Below are positions 1-9,095 of a stretch of DNA of 64,000 nucleotides, in pieces (position 1 is the stretch's first letter; every line of letters begins with the position of its first letter). A program made the position numbers and the translations under genes. Under the pieces are notes generated by a model. It worked only from the letters and a program-made list of their open reading frames with translations, did not search any database and had not been told where the DNA came from. Origin of the DNA: an uncultured Cytophagia bacterium (GTDB taxonomy: Bacteria > Zhuqueibacterota > Zhuqueibacteria > Residuimicrobiales > Residuimicrobiaceae); assembly GCA_964436305.1 (NCBI GenBank), contig CAYTCI010000001.1, positions 48,037 through 112,036 of the forward strand, given 5' to 3'.

Positions 1-1073
1 TCGACGTCGAAATGTCCTTCATCGATGAGGAGGCGGTCTTCGCCATGGTCGAGGGTCTGATGGCGGAGATTTTCCGCGAGACGCTGGGTATTGAACTGGC
101 GCTGCCGCTGCCTCGCCTGCCCTTCGACGAGGCGATGGCCCGCTATGGCAGCGACAAACCGGACCTGCGCTTCGGCCTCGAGATCCGGGAGATTTCCGCC
201 CTGGTGACCGACTGCGAATTCAAGGTTTTCCACGACACCGTGGCGGGCGGCGGTATGGTGGCGGGTCTGTGTCTCCCCGGTGGCAGCAGCTATTCGCGCA
301 AGCAGATCGACGACCTGACCGCCTGGGTCAAGGAGCATGGCGGCGCCGGACTGGTGGCGATCAAACTCAAGGAGGGCGACTGGGACAGCTCCCTGGCCAA
401 ATTCTTCAGCGAAAGCCAGCGCCACGCGATCATGCAGGCGATGGGGGCGACCGGTGACGATCTGCTCCTGCTGGTGGCTGACGGACGCGAAAAGGCCCAA
501 CTGCTCCTCGGCGATCTCCGCCTCAAGCTCGCCGCCCAGGAAAAGCTCATCCCGGCCGGAAGCTACAATCTGGTCTGGATCGTTGATTTCCCCCTCTTCG
601 AGTACAATCCGGAGGAGGAGCGTTACGTCGCGCGGCACCACCCCTTCACCTCGCCGCGCCCGGGCGATGAGGAGCTGATGCTCAGCGATCCCGCCCGTGC
701 CAAGGCGCGGGCCTATGACCTGGTGCTCAATGGCATGGAAGTGGCAGGCGGCAGCATCCGGATCCACAAGAGCGATTTGCAGGCGCGGATGTTCCAGGCA
801 CTGGGCATCGAGGCGGCCGAGGCCGAGGAGAAATTTGGCTTCCTGCTCGAGGCCTTCGCCTATGGCGCTCCGCCGCATGGCGGCATCGCCTTCGGATTTG
901 ACCGCCTGGTCATGATCCTCGCCGGGTGTCAATCGATTCGCGAGGTGATCGCCTTCCCCAAGACCGCGAGCGCCATGTCGCTGATGGATGGCTGTCCCTC
1001 GACGGTCAATCCGGCGCAGCTCCGGGAGCTGGGTCTGCAGCTGGAAAAGGGGGAGAGCCCCGCGGCGGGCTAA
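1..1073 (+). CDS. aspS: aspartyl-tRNA synthetase, C-terminal part (5'-truncated at window edge; in-frame codons begin at nt 3)
   Basis: Class II AspRS motifs in the translation: GSDKPDLRF, FPLFEY, RYVARHHPFTSP, AYDLVLNGMEVAGGSIRIH, GAPPHGGIAFGFDRLVMIL, IAFPKT. The frame stays open upstream of the first ATG to nt 3. Confidence 0.95.
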   Translation, partial: DVEMSFIDEEAVFAMVEGLMAEIFRETLGIELALPLPRLPFDEAMARYGSDKPDLRFGLEIREISALVTDCEFKVFHDTVAGGGMVAGLCLPGGSSYSRKQIDDLTAWVKEHGGAGLVAIKLKEGDWDSSLAKFFSESQRHAIMQAMGATGDDLLLLVADGREKAQLLLGDLRLKLAAQEKLIPAGSYNLVWIVDFPLFEYNPEEERYVARHHPFTSPRPGDEELMLSDPARAKARAYDLVLNGMEVAGGSIRIHKSDLQARMFQALGIEAAEAEEKFGFLLEAFAYGAPPHGGIAFGFDRLVMILAGCQSIREVIAFPKTASAMSLMDGCPSTVNPAQLRELGLQLEKGESPAAG

Positions 1074-1097
1074 AAGCGTAAGTAATTATCTTTATCC

Positions 1098-1126
1098 TTG
1101 ACTATTAGCCAAATTATTGCTAAAAT
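1098..1126 (+). promoter_or_regulatory. sigma70-like promoter candidate (TTGACT - 17 nt - TAAAAT) in an AT-rich spacer upstream of the lipoprotein/LysM genes
   Basis: TTGACT at 1098-1103, a 17-nt spacer, and TAAAAT at 1121-1126. It lies in the only AT-rich stretch between aspS and the next gene. Promoter rules for this lineage are unknown. Confidence 0.45.
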
Positions 1127-1235
1127 GACTCGAGCATTATTTGGCGGTGACGAGAGCTACATCTGTTTTTTATTCTATTGAGTTACAAGCTTCTGTACGG
1201 GCTTGGAAGCAACGCAGTGAAAGGAGGTGTATTGC

Positions 1236-1514
1236 ATGAAGAGCACATCACGCTGGATCCCCCGGATTGCCGCTGTTTGTCTGCTGCTTTTCGCGTTTGT
1301 GCTGGTGGCGGGTTGCCATAACCACCCCAATGAAAAGGAGCTGAAGGCGCTGGAAGAGGCCAAGCAGGCAGCGTTGGCGGCTGAAACCAAAGCCGCAGAC
1401 TGCGCAAAGGAAAAAGCCAGCCTTGAGCAACAACTGGCCCAGCAGAAACAGAAGGTCGAGAGCCTGAAACAGGAAAAAGCCGCGGTGGCGAAACGCCTCT
1501 CCGAATGGCAATAA
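1236..1514 (+). CDS. small coiled-coil lipoprotein (about 92 aa), function unknown
   Basis: AAGGAGG sits 8 nt before the ATG at 1236. The signal peptide has lipobox LVAGC. The rest is heptad-like Ala/Lys/Glu/Gln-rich helix (KELKALEEAKQAALAAETKAADCAKEKASLEQQLAQQKQKVESLKQEK). Confidence 0.55.
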   Translation: MKSTSRWIPRIAAVCLLLFAFVLVAGCHNHPNEKELKALEEAKQAALAAETKAADCAKEKASLEQQLAQQKQKVESLKQEKAAVAKRLSEWQ

Positions 1515-1561
1515 TCCCATCATCGATGATACCATCACAAAAAAACTGTGGAGGGAAGCTA

Positions 1562-2416
1562 ATGAGATTTTCTAGCAAGCTCATGGTCTCTTTAGCACTT
1601 GTGCTTTCCTTCTTGCTGATTATGGGTGCGCAGTTGACCTATGCGCAGGACAAGAAAATGAGCATGGATGAGTACCGTACCCAGCTCAAATCATGGCAAG
1701 ATCGTGAAGTCGCTGCCAAGAAAGCAGCGGAGGAATGTGCAACTGCTTGTGCCAATCTGACCACCCAGAGTGCGGCCGCGAAGGCGGAGGCGGGACAGCT
1801 CTGGAGTGATATCCTCAAGAGCGTTGATTCGGACCAGGCTGGCTATGATGCCTACAAGGCCAAAGTGAAAGCCCTGGAAGGCCAGATCGACGGGCTGCTG
1901 GCCCTTTCTCCGGAAGAGCTCTTCAAGAAACGCGATGAGCTGGCTGCGGCCGAGAAACAGTTGGCCGAGCTGAAAAAAGACAAGCTGTATGCCCTGACCG
2001 AGATGCAGAATGCGATCGCCGGTCTCGAAGGCAAGATCGCCCAGCTGAAGAACAAGATGCCGAAGGCCCTGTATGACATGTATACGGTGGTGGTCGGCGA
2101 CTATCTCTGGAAGATCTCGGGCAAGAAGGATATCTATGCGGATCCGATGCAGTGGATGCGCATCTACTCCTACAACAAGGAACAGATCAAGGATCCGGAT
2201 CTGATCTATCCCAAGCAGGAGTTCAAGATCCAGCGCGAGTGTGGCCCCGATGAATATCTGGTGGTCAAGGGTGACAATCTGAAAAAGATCGCGGCCAATC
2301 CGGCCGTCCTGGGCGATCCCGCCGCATGGACCAAGATCTATCAGAAGAACAAAGCGGTCATCGGCGAAGATCCCTTGCGCATCTTCCCGCATACCGTGTT
2401 GATCATTCCCCGGTAA
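1562..2416 (+). CDS. secreted coiled-coil protein with two C-terminal LysM peptidoglycan-binding domains
   Basis: GGAGGG RBS before the ATG at 1562. Signal peptide MRFSSKLMVSLALVLSFLLIMGAQLTYAQ. Two LysM-like units: YTVVVGDYLWKISGKK...IYPKQEFKI and YLVVKGDNLKKIAAN...IFPHTVLIIP. Confidence 0.8.
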   Translation: MRFSSKLMVSLALVLSFLLIMGAQLTYAQDKKMSMDEYRTQLKSWQDREVAAKKAAEECATACANLTTQSAAAKAEAGQLWSDILKSVDSDQAGYDAYKAKVKALEGQIDGLLALSPEELFKKRDELAAAEKQLAELKKDKLYALTEMQNAIAGLEGKIAQLKNKMPKALYDMYTVVVGDYLWKISGKKDIYADPMQWMRIYSYNKEQIKDPDLIYPKQEFKIQRECGPDEYLVVKGDNLKKIAANPAVLGDPAAWTKIYQKNKAVIGEDPLRIFPHTVLIIPR

Positions 2417-2558
2417 AAGCCCCGCCTCGGGCTGCGAGCGATGGGTCTAATCGGGGCGATGCAGCACCTGCTGTATTGGCCCGCCTGTTTCCCCTTTCCT
2501 GAAATCAGGCGGCGGGGATGAGGGATGAGAGACGCATTGCGCGTGAATGAGTATACGG

Positions 2559-2601
2559 CTCCCGGTCTTACCGCCTATGGTTGAAGACCGGGAGTTTTTT
2601 T
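2559..2601 (+). terminator. Rho-independent terminator after the LysM gene
   Basis: An 11-bp perfect stem, ctcccggtctt (2559-2569) with aagaccgggag (2584-2594), followed by T7 (2595-2601). Confidence 0.7.
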
Positions 2602-2617
2602 GTATGGTTGGAAGAGA

Positions 2618-3595
2618 ATGGGAAGTCGATTGAAAGAAGAAGCCGTCATCGAAAAAAGAATCAGCTTGCGGGGTATTGATCCGGTCGATTTTCTCGGTGC
2701 CCAGGATGCCAATCTGCACATGCTGGAGGCCGAGCTGCAGGCCCAGGTGATCGTCCGTGGCCATGAGATCCTGCTGCGGGGGATGCCCGAGCAGGTGGAT
2801 CAGGCCGAGCGCATCATCAGCGAGCTGGTTTTTCTGGCGAACCGCAACGGCCGGGTGGTCCCCCAGGACATCGGAGCGGTGCTGCGACTGAGCGAGCAGG
2901 GCGGCGGCAGCGAAACCGCGGCGCCCGATGCCGAGTCGGTACTGGTCTATACCAAGGGTGGCGTGATCAAACCCCGAACCCCGGGCCAGGAGGAGTACGT
3001 CGCCAGCGCGCAAAAGAATGACATTGTTTTCGCGATCGGGCCTGCCGGCACCGGCAAGACCTTTCTGGCGGTGGCCATGGCCGTGGCGGCACTGCGCGAC
3101 CATCTGGTCGATCGCCTGATCCTCTGCCGGCCCGCGGTGGAGGCGGGCGAGAGTTTGGGGTTTTTGCCGGGGGATTTTCGCGAGAAGGTCGATCCCTACC
3201 TCCGGCCGCTCTATGATGCCTTGCAGGAGATGATCCCCGGGGACAAGCTGCGCCGTCTGATCGAGACGCGGGTGGTTGAGATCGTGCCGCTCGCCTACAT
3301 GCGCGGACGCACCCTCAACAACTGCTTCGTCATCCTCGACGAAGCGCAGAACACCACCGCGGAGCAGATGAAGATGTTCCTCACCCGCCTTGGTGTCAAC
3401 TCCCGCGCCATTGTCACCGGCGACATCACCCAGATAGACCTGCCGGAGAGCGCGATCTCGGGCCTGGTGCAGATTCAGTCGATCCTCAAGGGGATCGATG
3501 GCATTGGTTTTTCGTATCTGGGCGAGCGCGATGTGGTCCGCCACCAGTTGGTGCGCCAGATCATCAAGGCGTATGAAACCCTGCGCCAGGGCTGA
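2618..3595 (+). CDS. phoH: PhoH-family ATPase (YbeZ/PhoH-like)
   Basis: Walker [17 protein letters not shown] and PhoH blocks [44 protein letters not shown]. The track start at 2600 is TTG inside the terminator T-run; the ATG at 2618 is preferred. Confidence 0.93.
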   Translation: MGSRLKEEAVIEKRISLRGIDPVDFLGAQDANLHMLEAELQAQVIVRGHEILLRGMPEQVDQAERIISELVFLANRNGRVVPQDIGAVLRLSEQGGGSETAAPDAESVLVYTKGGVIKPRTPGQEEYVASAQKNDIVFAIGPAGTGKTFLAVAMAVAALRDHLVDRLILCRPAVEAGESLGFLPGDFREKVDPYLRPLYDALQEMIPGDKLRRLIETRVVEIVPLAYMRGRTLNNCFVILDEAQNTTAEQMKMFLTRLGVNSRAIVTGDITQIDLPESAISGLVQIQSILKGIDGIGFSYLGERDVVRHQLVRQIIKAYETLRQG

Positions 3596-3609
3596 TTCCA
3601 GGGGGAACG

Positions 3610-5901
3610 ATGAACCAGCGCTTTGACAAGACCGCGGCCAAGGGTGCCGGGTTGAATGGGGGCAAGAAAAAAGAGCGGCGCCCCGGGGCACACAGCATGC
3701 CGGTGGATTGGCTGCGCCGCTACCGTGCGCTGATCCTGGGCGGACTCTTTCTGGCCGCGGTCATCGCCCTTCTGTTTCCCGGCGAGAAATCCTTCCAGTT
3801 TACCGATCTGCGCGAGGGACGGGTCTATATCGGCCCCGAGATTATCGCCTCTTTCACGTTCCCGGTCAACAAGAGCCACGACGAATATGCTGCAGATCTG
3901 CAGCGGGCGCGCGCCGAGGTGACGCCGGTCTTTACCCGCGATGACGAGGCCGCGGAACAGCAGCTGGAGCGATTCAATCTGCTGGTTCAGCGGGCGGGCA
4001 TGGTGCTGCGCAGCGGTGGGATCACTGCGGACGAGGTGAGCCGGGTCTTTCAAGAGTCCGGCGTGACGCTCTCAGAAGGGGATCTCCTTAACCTGCTCAC
4101 CGGCACGGCCGGGGGAGGTGGCGGTGAAAACCGGCAATGGTACCGTTTTCGTGAAGTCGCCACCGCGGTGGAAAAGGTGCTGCGCGAGGCCTACGCCAAC
4201 GGAATTCTCAGTATCGAGCGCAGCACGTTCAACCCCATGCCGCCCAAGATCTCGGTGCGCCACGAGGGTCTGGAGGTGCTCGAGAACAGCGAGTTCTCCT
4301 TCGGCCTGAAGGAGAGCCAGATGCAGCTGCTGGAAAAGCTGCGTGCCAACCAGCAGTTGGACGAGCGGCAGGTCAAGATCGGCTACCAGCTGGCCGGGGC
4401 TTTTCTCGCCGCCAACCTGAACTACGACCAGAAAGAGACGCAGTCGCGCATCGAGGAGGCCGAGGCGCTGGTGCCGCTTGCCAAGGATCAGGTGCTGGCC
4501 GGTGAGCGCATCATTGACGGACATGAGCGCATCACCCGTGAACATATCGAAAAGCTGAACTCCTATGCCGCAGCCAAGCGCGAGCGCGGCGAACGGCAAG
4601 GCCTGATCAACCACCTGGTCCATGGCCTCGGGCAGTGGAGTAATACCCTCTTCATCCTGTGCATTCTGCTCTTTTTCCTCTGGCAGGGGCGGCGCGACAT
4701 CACCGCCGCGCCCAAACAGCTGCTGCTGATCGGCCTGATTGTGCTGCTGCCGGCCGCACTGACCTTCCTGGCGACCCAGCTTAATCTCTCCCCCCTGCTG
4801 GTTCCGGTGGCGGCGGGGGCGATGATCATCACCATCTTTTTCGATGTCTATGTCGGGCTGCTTTATGCCCTGTCGGTCAGCCTGCTGATCGGCGCGATGC
4901 GCGGCAACGAGTTCGGCATCACCTATATCTCGATCTTTGTTTCGGCGATGGCGATCCTCTCGGTCAGCCGGGTGCGCTCTCGCAACTGGGTATTGCGCAG
5001 TATGGCGGTGGTGATGATCGCCTACCTGCTCTCGATCACGGTGCACGACATCCTCAACTACCAGAGCCTCAAGGAGATCTTGCGCGACTGGGGTCTGGGG
5101 TTCATCAATGGCTTCATCTCGCCCATCATCGCGTATGCCCTGGTGCTTCTGCTCGAGCGCACCTTTCACCTGACCACCGACATGACGCTCCTCGAGCTCT
5201 CGGACCTGAACCATCCGTTGCTGCGCCAGATGGCGATGCAGGCGCCGGGGACCTATCATCATTCCCTCTCGGTTGGCAATCTGGCGGAGGCGGCGGCTGA
5301 GGCGATTGGTGGCAACGGTTTGCTGGCGCGGGTGGGGGCCTATTATCATGATATCGGCAAACTGGAAAAGCCGGAGTATTTTGTCGAAAACCAGATGCGC
5401 GGACGCAATCCCCAGGAGAAGCTGGCGCCGACGATGAGCTCGCTGATCCTGGCCAATCACGTGCGCCGCGGCGGGGAGATGGCGCAGCAGTACCATCTGC
5501 CGCAGGTCGTTCAGGACTTTATTTTCGAGCATCACGGCACCAGCCTGATGCACTATTTTTATCAGAAAGCGGTGGCGCAAAGCTCGGTTGATCTGGTTCC
5601 ACAGGATGAATTCCGCTACCCCGGTCCGCGCCCGCAGTCGCGCGAGTCAGCCATTGTCATGCTGGCGGATGCGGTCGAAGCCACCTCACGGACGCTGCGG
5701 GATCCTTCCTTCAGCCGGATCAAGAGCATCGTCGACGAGATCATTGACGAGCGCTTCAAGAGTGGCGAGCTGGACCACTCGCCGCTGACACTACAGGATC
5801 TGGCGCGGATCTCGGAGGCCTTTCAAAAAATTCTCAATGCGCGTTTTCATCGCCGCATTCCCTATCCGGGGCAGAATCTCAGCGAGGAGGAGCGAGAGTG
5901 A
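3610..5901 (+). CDS. 7TM-receptor HD-domain phosphohydrolase (PgpH/YqfF-like, HDIG family)
   Basis: Extracellular N-terminal region, then seven hydrophobic helices, then an HD/HDIG domain (HHSLSVGNLAEAAAEAIG, AYYHDIGKLEKPEYF, FEHHGTSLM). Conserved phoH-pgpH-ybeY gene order. Confidence 0.88.
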   Translation: MNQRFDKTAAKGAGLNGGKKKERRPGAHSMPVDWLRRYRALILGGLFLAAVIALLFPGEKSFQFTDLREGRVYIGPEIIASFTFPVNKSHDEYAADLQRARAEVTPVFTRDDEAAEQQLERFNLLVQRAGMVLRSGGITADEVSRVFQESGVTLSEGDLLNLLTGTAGGGGGENRQWYRFREVATAVEKVLREAYANGILSIERSTFNPMPPKISVRHEGLEVLENSEFSFGLKESQMQLLEKLRANQQLDERQVKIGYQLAGAFLAANLNYDQKETQSRIEEAEALVPLAKDQVLAGERIIDGHERITREHIEKLNSYAAAKRERGERQGLINHLVHGLGQWSNTLFILCILLFFLWQGRRDITAAPKQLLLIGLIVLLPAALTFLATQLNLSPLLVPVAAGAMIITIFFDVYVGLLYALSVSLLIGAMRGNEFGITYISIFVSAMAILSVSRVRSRNWVLRSMAVVMIAYLLSITVHDILNYQSLKEILRDWGLGFINGFISPIIAYALVLLLERTFHLTTDMTLLELSDLNHPLLRQMAMQAPGTYHHSLSVGNLAEAAAEAIGGNGLLARVGAYYHDIGKLEKPEYFVENQMRGRNPQEKLAPTMSSLILANHVRRGGEMAQQYHLPQVVQDFIFEHHGTSLMHYFYQKAVAQSSVDLVPQDEFRYPGPRPQSRESAIVMLADAVEATSRTLRDPSFSRIKSIVDEIIDERFKSGELDHSPLTLQDLARISEAFQKILNARFHRRIPYPGQNLSEEERE

Positions 5902-6353
5902 GTGCAAGAGCCGGGCAACGGCAGCTGCAGCTGGTCAACCAGACCCGGCGCAAACTTGCCCTGGGTGGACTCGGCCTGATCGGCGGGTTGGTCCTGAGCA
6001 AAGCCCGGCCGGCCGCGGGATGGCATATCCGCATCATTCTGGTGCCGGAGCGGCAGATCATCCAGCTGAACCGGCGCTTTTTCCAGCGGTCGGGGAGCAC
6101 CGACGTCATATCGTTCAACCTGAATTCTGCCGGCGAGCCGGTTCTTGAGGGGGAGGTATACATCTGCCTGGAGGTGGCCGAACGCCAGGCAAAGAGGTAT
6201 GGGGTCAGTCTGGACAACGAGCTGCAGCGGCTGACCGCGCATGGTCTCTATCATCTGCTTGGCTATGAGGATGGTGAACCGCAGCAGAAGGAGATCATGA
6301 CCGCCCTGGAGGACGAGGCCCTGCAACAAGCGGCGGCCTGCATCGGCCGCTGA
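5898..6353 (+). CDS. ybeY: rRNA maturation endoribonuclease YbeY
   Basis: TDVISFNL block and metal motif HGLYHLLGYED. GTG start overlaps the pgpH stop (GTGA, 5898-5901). Position after phoH/pgpH is canonical. Confidence 0.85.
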   Translation: MSARAGQRQLQLVNQTRRKLALGGLGLIGGLVLSKARPAAGWHIRIILVPERQIIQLNRRFFQRSGSTDVISFNLNSAGEPVLEGEVYICLEVAERQAKRYGVSLDNELQRLTAHGLYHLLGYEDGEPQQKEIMTALEDEALQQAAACIGR

Positions 6354-6414
6354 CGGGTCGATCGTAATGCATTGAATGTGCACCCGATGGGTGCAGAGCA
6401 GCAGGAGGCGTTAA

Positions 6415-7584
6415 ATGCTCACACTCAAGTTTGACCTGCGCGATCTAGTACGGGCCCCGCGGCTGGCGCTCAGCCTGCAACGGATGTGGATCATGCTGGT
6501 GGGCCTCGGCATCAGCTGGTTGATCTATCTCCTTTTCACCTACCTGGCCCTCCTGTCGGCGGGCGGCGCTCTCAGTGACCTGTGGCACCGTTTTGGCCTG
6601 CTGCCCGTTTTGTCCGGCTTGGGCGGTGTGCCCTGGTACAGCTGGGGGCTCCACCTCGTGGGAGCTGCTGCGGCGCTCGCCATGCTGCTGATGGCGCAAA
6701 CAGCGCTGGCGCGGGCGATTTATATGGCCGCCAAGGGGGAGCATTTTTACAGTGTGAAGCAGGCTTTCGCTTTCGCCCGCCGTAAATTCGGCGCGGTGCT
6801 GATGACCCCGCTCGCCCTCGGCGTGCTCCTTCTGCTGCTGGTGGCCGGCAGCTTTGCGATCGGGCTGCTGGGCCGGATCCCCTGGGCCGGCGAGCTGGGT
6901 GTGGCGCTCTTCACCCCCATCTGGTTTGTGCTGGCCCTGGTGCTGATCTTTCTCGGCATCGTCTTTTGTGTCTCGCTTTTCCTGGCGCCGGCGATTGTGG
7001 CGACAACCGATGAGGATGCCTTCGAAGCGATCTTCCAGCTCTTCGGCCTGACCTGGCGGCAGCCGTGGCGGCTCCTGCTCTATGGTGGGGTGACCTGGCT
7101 GCTGGCGGTGGGCGCACTCGGTCTCTTTGCAGCCTTTTGCAAGGAGGGCGTGGTGATCACCAACCATCTCCTCGCCCTCTTCATGGGCAGCAATTTCAGC
7201 GACCTGGCCAACAACGGGCAGGCACTTGTCCAGGCCTGGAGTGCGACGGCGGAAGAGGCGCTCTTTTGGCTTTTCCGCGGTTTCACCCCCTATCTCTTTT
7301 TTACCCAGGAGTTCTACTACCTGCCGCTGCGGGAGCTGGCGCGTCCGAGCGTGGCGATCGCGGGATACTTTTATGCCTTCGGACTGCTCCTGCTGGCCGG
7401 CTGGATCGTCGCCTATGGCTTCGCCACCCTCAACGCGGGGGCGGTGCTCTCCTATCTCTCCCTGCGTTGGCGCAAGGATGGCGTGAATCTGCTCGAGCGC
7501 AAGGACAAGGAGGAGGAGTCCGAGGAGGAAGAGGAGGTCGAGATGGGCCTCAGCCCAGGGGAACCGGCGGTGGAGCAGAATTAG
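6415..7584 (+). CDS. polytopic membrane protein, unknown function, acidic C-terminal tail
   Basis: GCAGGAGG RBS before the ATG at 6415. About 8 long hydrophobic segments. C-terminus KDKEEESEEEEEVEM. No family recognised. Confidence 0.6.
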   Translation: MLTLKFDLRDLVRAPRLALSLQRMWIMLVGLGISWLIYLLFTYLALLSAGGALSDLWHRFGLLPVLSGLGGVPWYSWGLHLVGAAAALAMLLMAQTALARAIYMAAKGEHFYSVKQAFAFARRKFGAVLMTPLALGVLLLLLVAGSFAIGLLGRIPWAGELGVALFTPIWFVLALVLIFLGIVFCVSLFLAPAIVATTDEDAFEAIFQLFGLTWRQPWRLLLYGGVTWLLAVGALGLFAAFCKEGVVITNHLLALFMGSNFSDLANNGQALVQAWSATAEEALFWLFRGFTPYLFFTQEFYYLPLRELARPSVAIAGYFYAFGLLLLAGWIVAYGFATLNAGAVLSYLSLRWRKDGVNLLERKDKEEESEEEEEVEMGLSPGEPAVEQN

Positions 7585-7723
7585 CGCTTTCTTTCCGCAC
7601 TTGTGCTCCTTGGAAGCTAGTTTATAAAGAGTGTGTAGGCTTGGGGGTTTTGGGGGCATTCCTTGCCAAAACGGACAGAGTCTGCAACGGTTGTGCATCC
7701 CTTGAAGAAAGAACTCATGCATC

Positions 7724-9007
7724 ATGTCCGTCTTCATCAAGATCAAAGAGCAGCAGCTGGGGCCCTACTCCTATTCTGAGCTGCGGAAACTGGTTGCCGA
7801 GGGTTCGTTCGACCAGGACGACCTGGTCTTCAGCGAGACCCGGCAGGAGTGGGTGCGTGCGGGGCAGCTGGAGGAATTGCGCAAGCTCTTTCCTCAGGAG
7901 TCCGCTGCGTCGTCGCAAAGAATCGTCTATGCGATTGGCGGCGGCAAGGGGGGCGTCGGCAAGACCGTGCTCACCGCTTCGATTGGCATTGGCCTGGCCA
8001 CCCTTGGGCATCGGGTGGTGATGGTCGATGCCGACCTTGGGGGCGCCAATCTGCACACCTGCATGGGGATTCTCGAGCCGCAATATACCTTTTACCACTT
8101 TTACTCCCTGCAGAAGGAGAGTCTCAGCGATATTCTCCTCGACACGCCGGTCGAGAATCTCAAGCTGATCAGCGGGGCGTGCGGAACCCTGGGGCTGGCC
8201 AATCCGCGTTATTCGCAAAAGCTGCGGTTCATCCACGAGCTGCGCAAGATCGACGCCGATTTCATTCTGCTCGACCTTGGCGCCGGCTCTTCCTTTAATG
8301 TCATTGATTTCTTTCTCGCTGCAGACCAGGGCCTGGTCGTGACCACACCCGAGCCGATGGCCATACAGGAAGCCTTCAATTTTCTCAAGATTGCCTTGAT
8401 GCGCAAACTGACGCGGGAGTTCCGCGATGATCCGGAGACCATCCGTCGTCTGGAGCAGGAGATTTTTGCCGACAGCGGACGGATGGCCCAGTCGGTCGGC
8501 GGTGCTCTGGAGATTCTCGCCGGCCAGGACGATGCAGCGGCGAGCCGGATCAGGGGGATTCTCGAGGCCTTCAATCCGGCGCTGATCCTCAATATGGTCC
8601 ATTCCGAGGAGGAGGTCAAGGAGGGGATTGCTTTGCGTACAGCGGCGGAGGAGCTGCTTTCGCTGCGGATGGAATTTCTCGGCTACGTCGAACACGATGA
8701 GAGTGTGCGCCGGGCGGTCAAGGAATTGCGCCCCTTTGTCATCGACGACCCGCACTCCCGCGCCGCGCGCAGTCTGGCGAAAATGATCGCGGTGGGTCTG
8801 TTGAAGAAGAGTGGATGGGCCGGTTTTCGGGAGAAGCGCCGGGTGCTGCGCGAGATCCGGCAGCAGAACCAGAGTTATCCCGGCCAGCCGATGCGGGAGA
8901 GCGATACCATTTGCTCGGTGCAGTGTTTTTACTGGGGGGATTGCGAATATCAGAACGGGGGCTATCCCTGCCCGGTGCGCCATCTTGATCCCATCTTCAA
9001 GGCTTGA
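7724..9007 (+). CDS. GYF_2-domain / MinD-ParA-family P-loop ATPase with Cys-rich C-terminal tail
   Basis: N-terminal GYF_2-like segment (QQLGPYSYSELRKLVAEGSFDQDDLVFSETRQEWVRAGQLEEL). Deviant Walker A GGGKGGVGKT followed by VVMVDADLGGANLH. Tail is CSVQCFYWGDCEYQNGGYPCP. Confidence 0.85.
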   Translation: MSVFIKIKEQQLGPYSYSELRKLVAEGSFDQDDLVFSETRQEWVRAGQLEELRKLFPQESAASSQRIVYAIGGGKGGVGKTVLTASIGIGLATLGHRVVMVDADLGGANLHTCMGILEPQYTFYHFYSLQKESLSDILLDTPVENLKLISGACGTLGLANPRYSQKLRFIHELRKIDADFILLDLGAGSSFNVIDFFLAADQGLVVTTPEPMAIQEAFNFLKIALMRKLTREFRDDPETIRRLEQEIFADSGRMAQSVGGALEILAGQDDAAASRIRGILEAFNPALILNMVHSEEEVKEGIALRTAAEELLSLRMEFLGYVEHDESVRRAVKELRPFVIDDPHSRAARSLAKMIAVGLLKKSGWAGFREKRRVLREIRQQNQSYPGQPMRESDTICSVQCFYWGDCEYQNGGYPCPVRHLDPIFKA

Positions 9008-9051
9008 GTTGAAATTGCTTTTCTTTTTTGCCAATTTTATGTATACTATGA

Positions 9052-9080
9052 GGTGAACAGGGCTCTGTTCACCTTTTTTT
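9052..9080 (+). terminator. Rho-independent terminator after the GYF-MinD gene
   Basis: Stem ggtgaacag (9052-9060) with ctgttcacc (9065-9073), loop ggct, then T7 (9074-9080). Confidence 0.75.
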
Positions 9081-9095
9081 AAGTAAAAGGCCGAT

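Noticed and set aside
6379-6395. 7-bp hairpin (tgcaccc-gat-gggtgca) between ybeY and the membrane-protein gene
   Set aside because: It is short, has a 3-nt loop and no U-tract, so it is not a convincing terminator or regulatory element on its own.
7065-8021. 318-aa plus-strand ORF bridging the membrane-protein gene and the GYF-MinD gene
   Set aside because: It is out of frame with both supported genes. It is extremely Arg/Gly/Pro-rich, which is a frame-shifted reading of GC-rich coding DNA.
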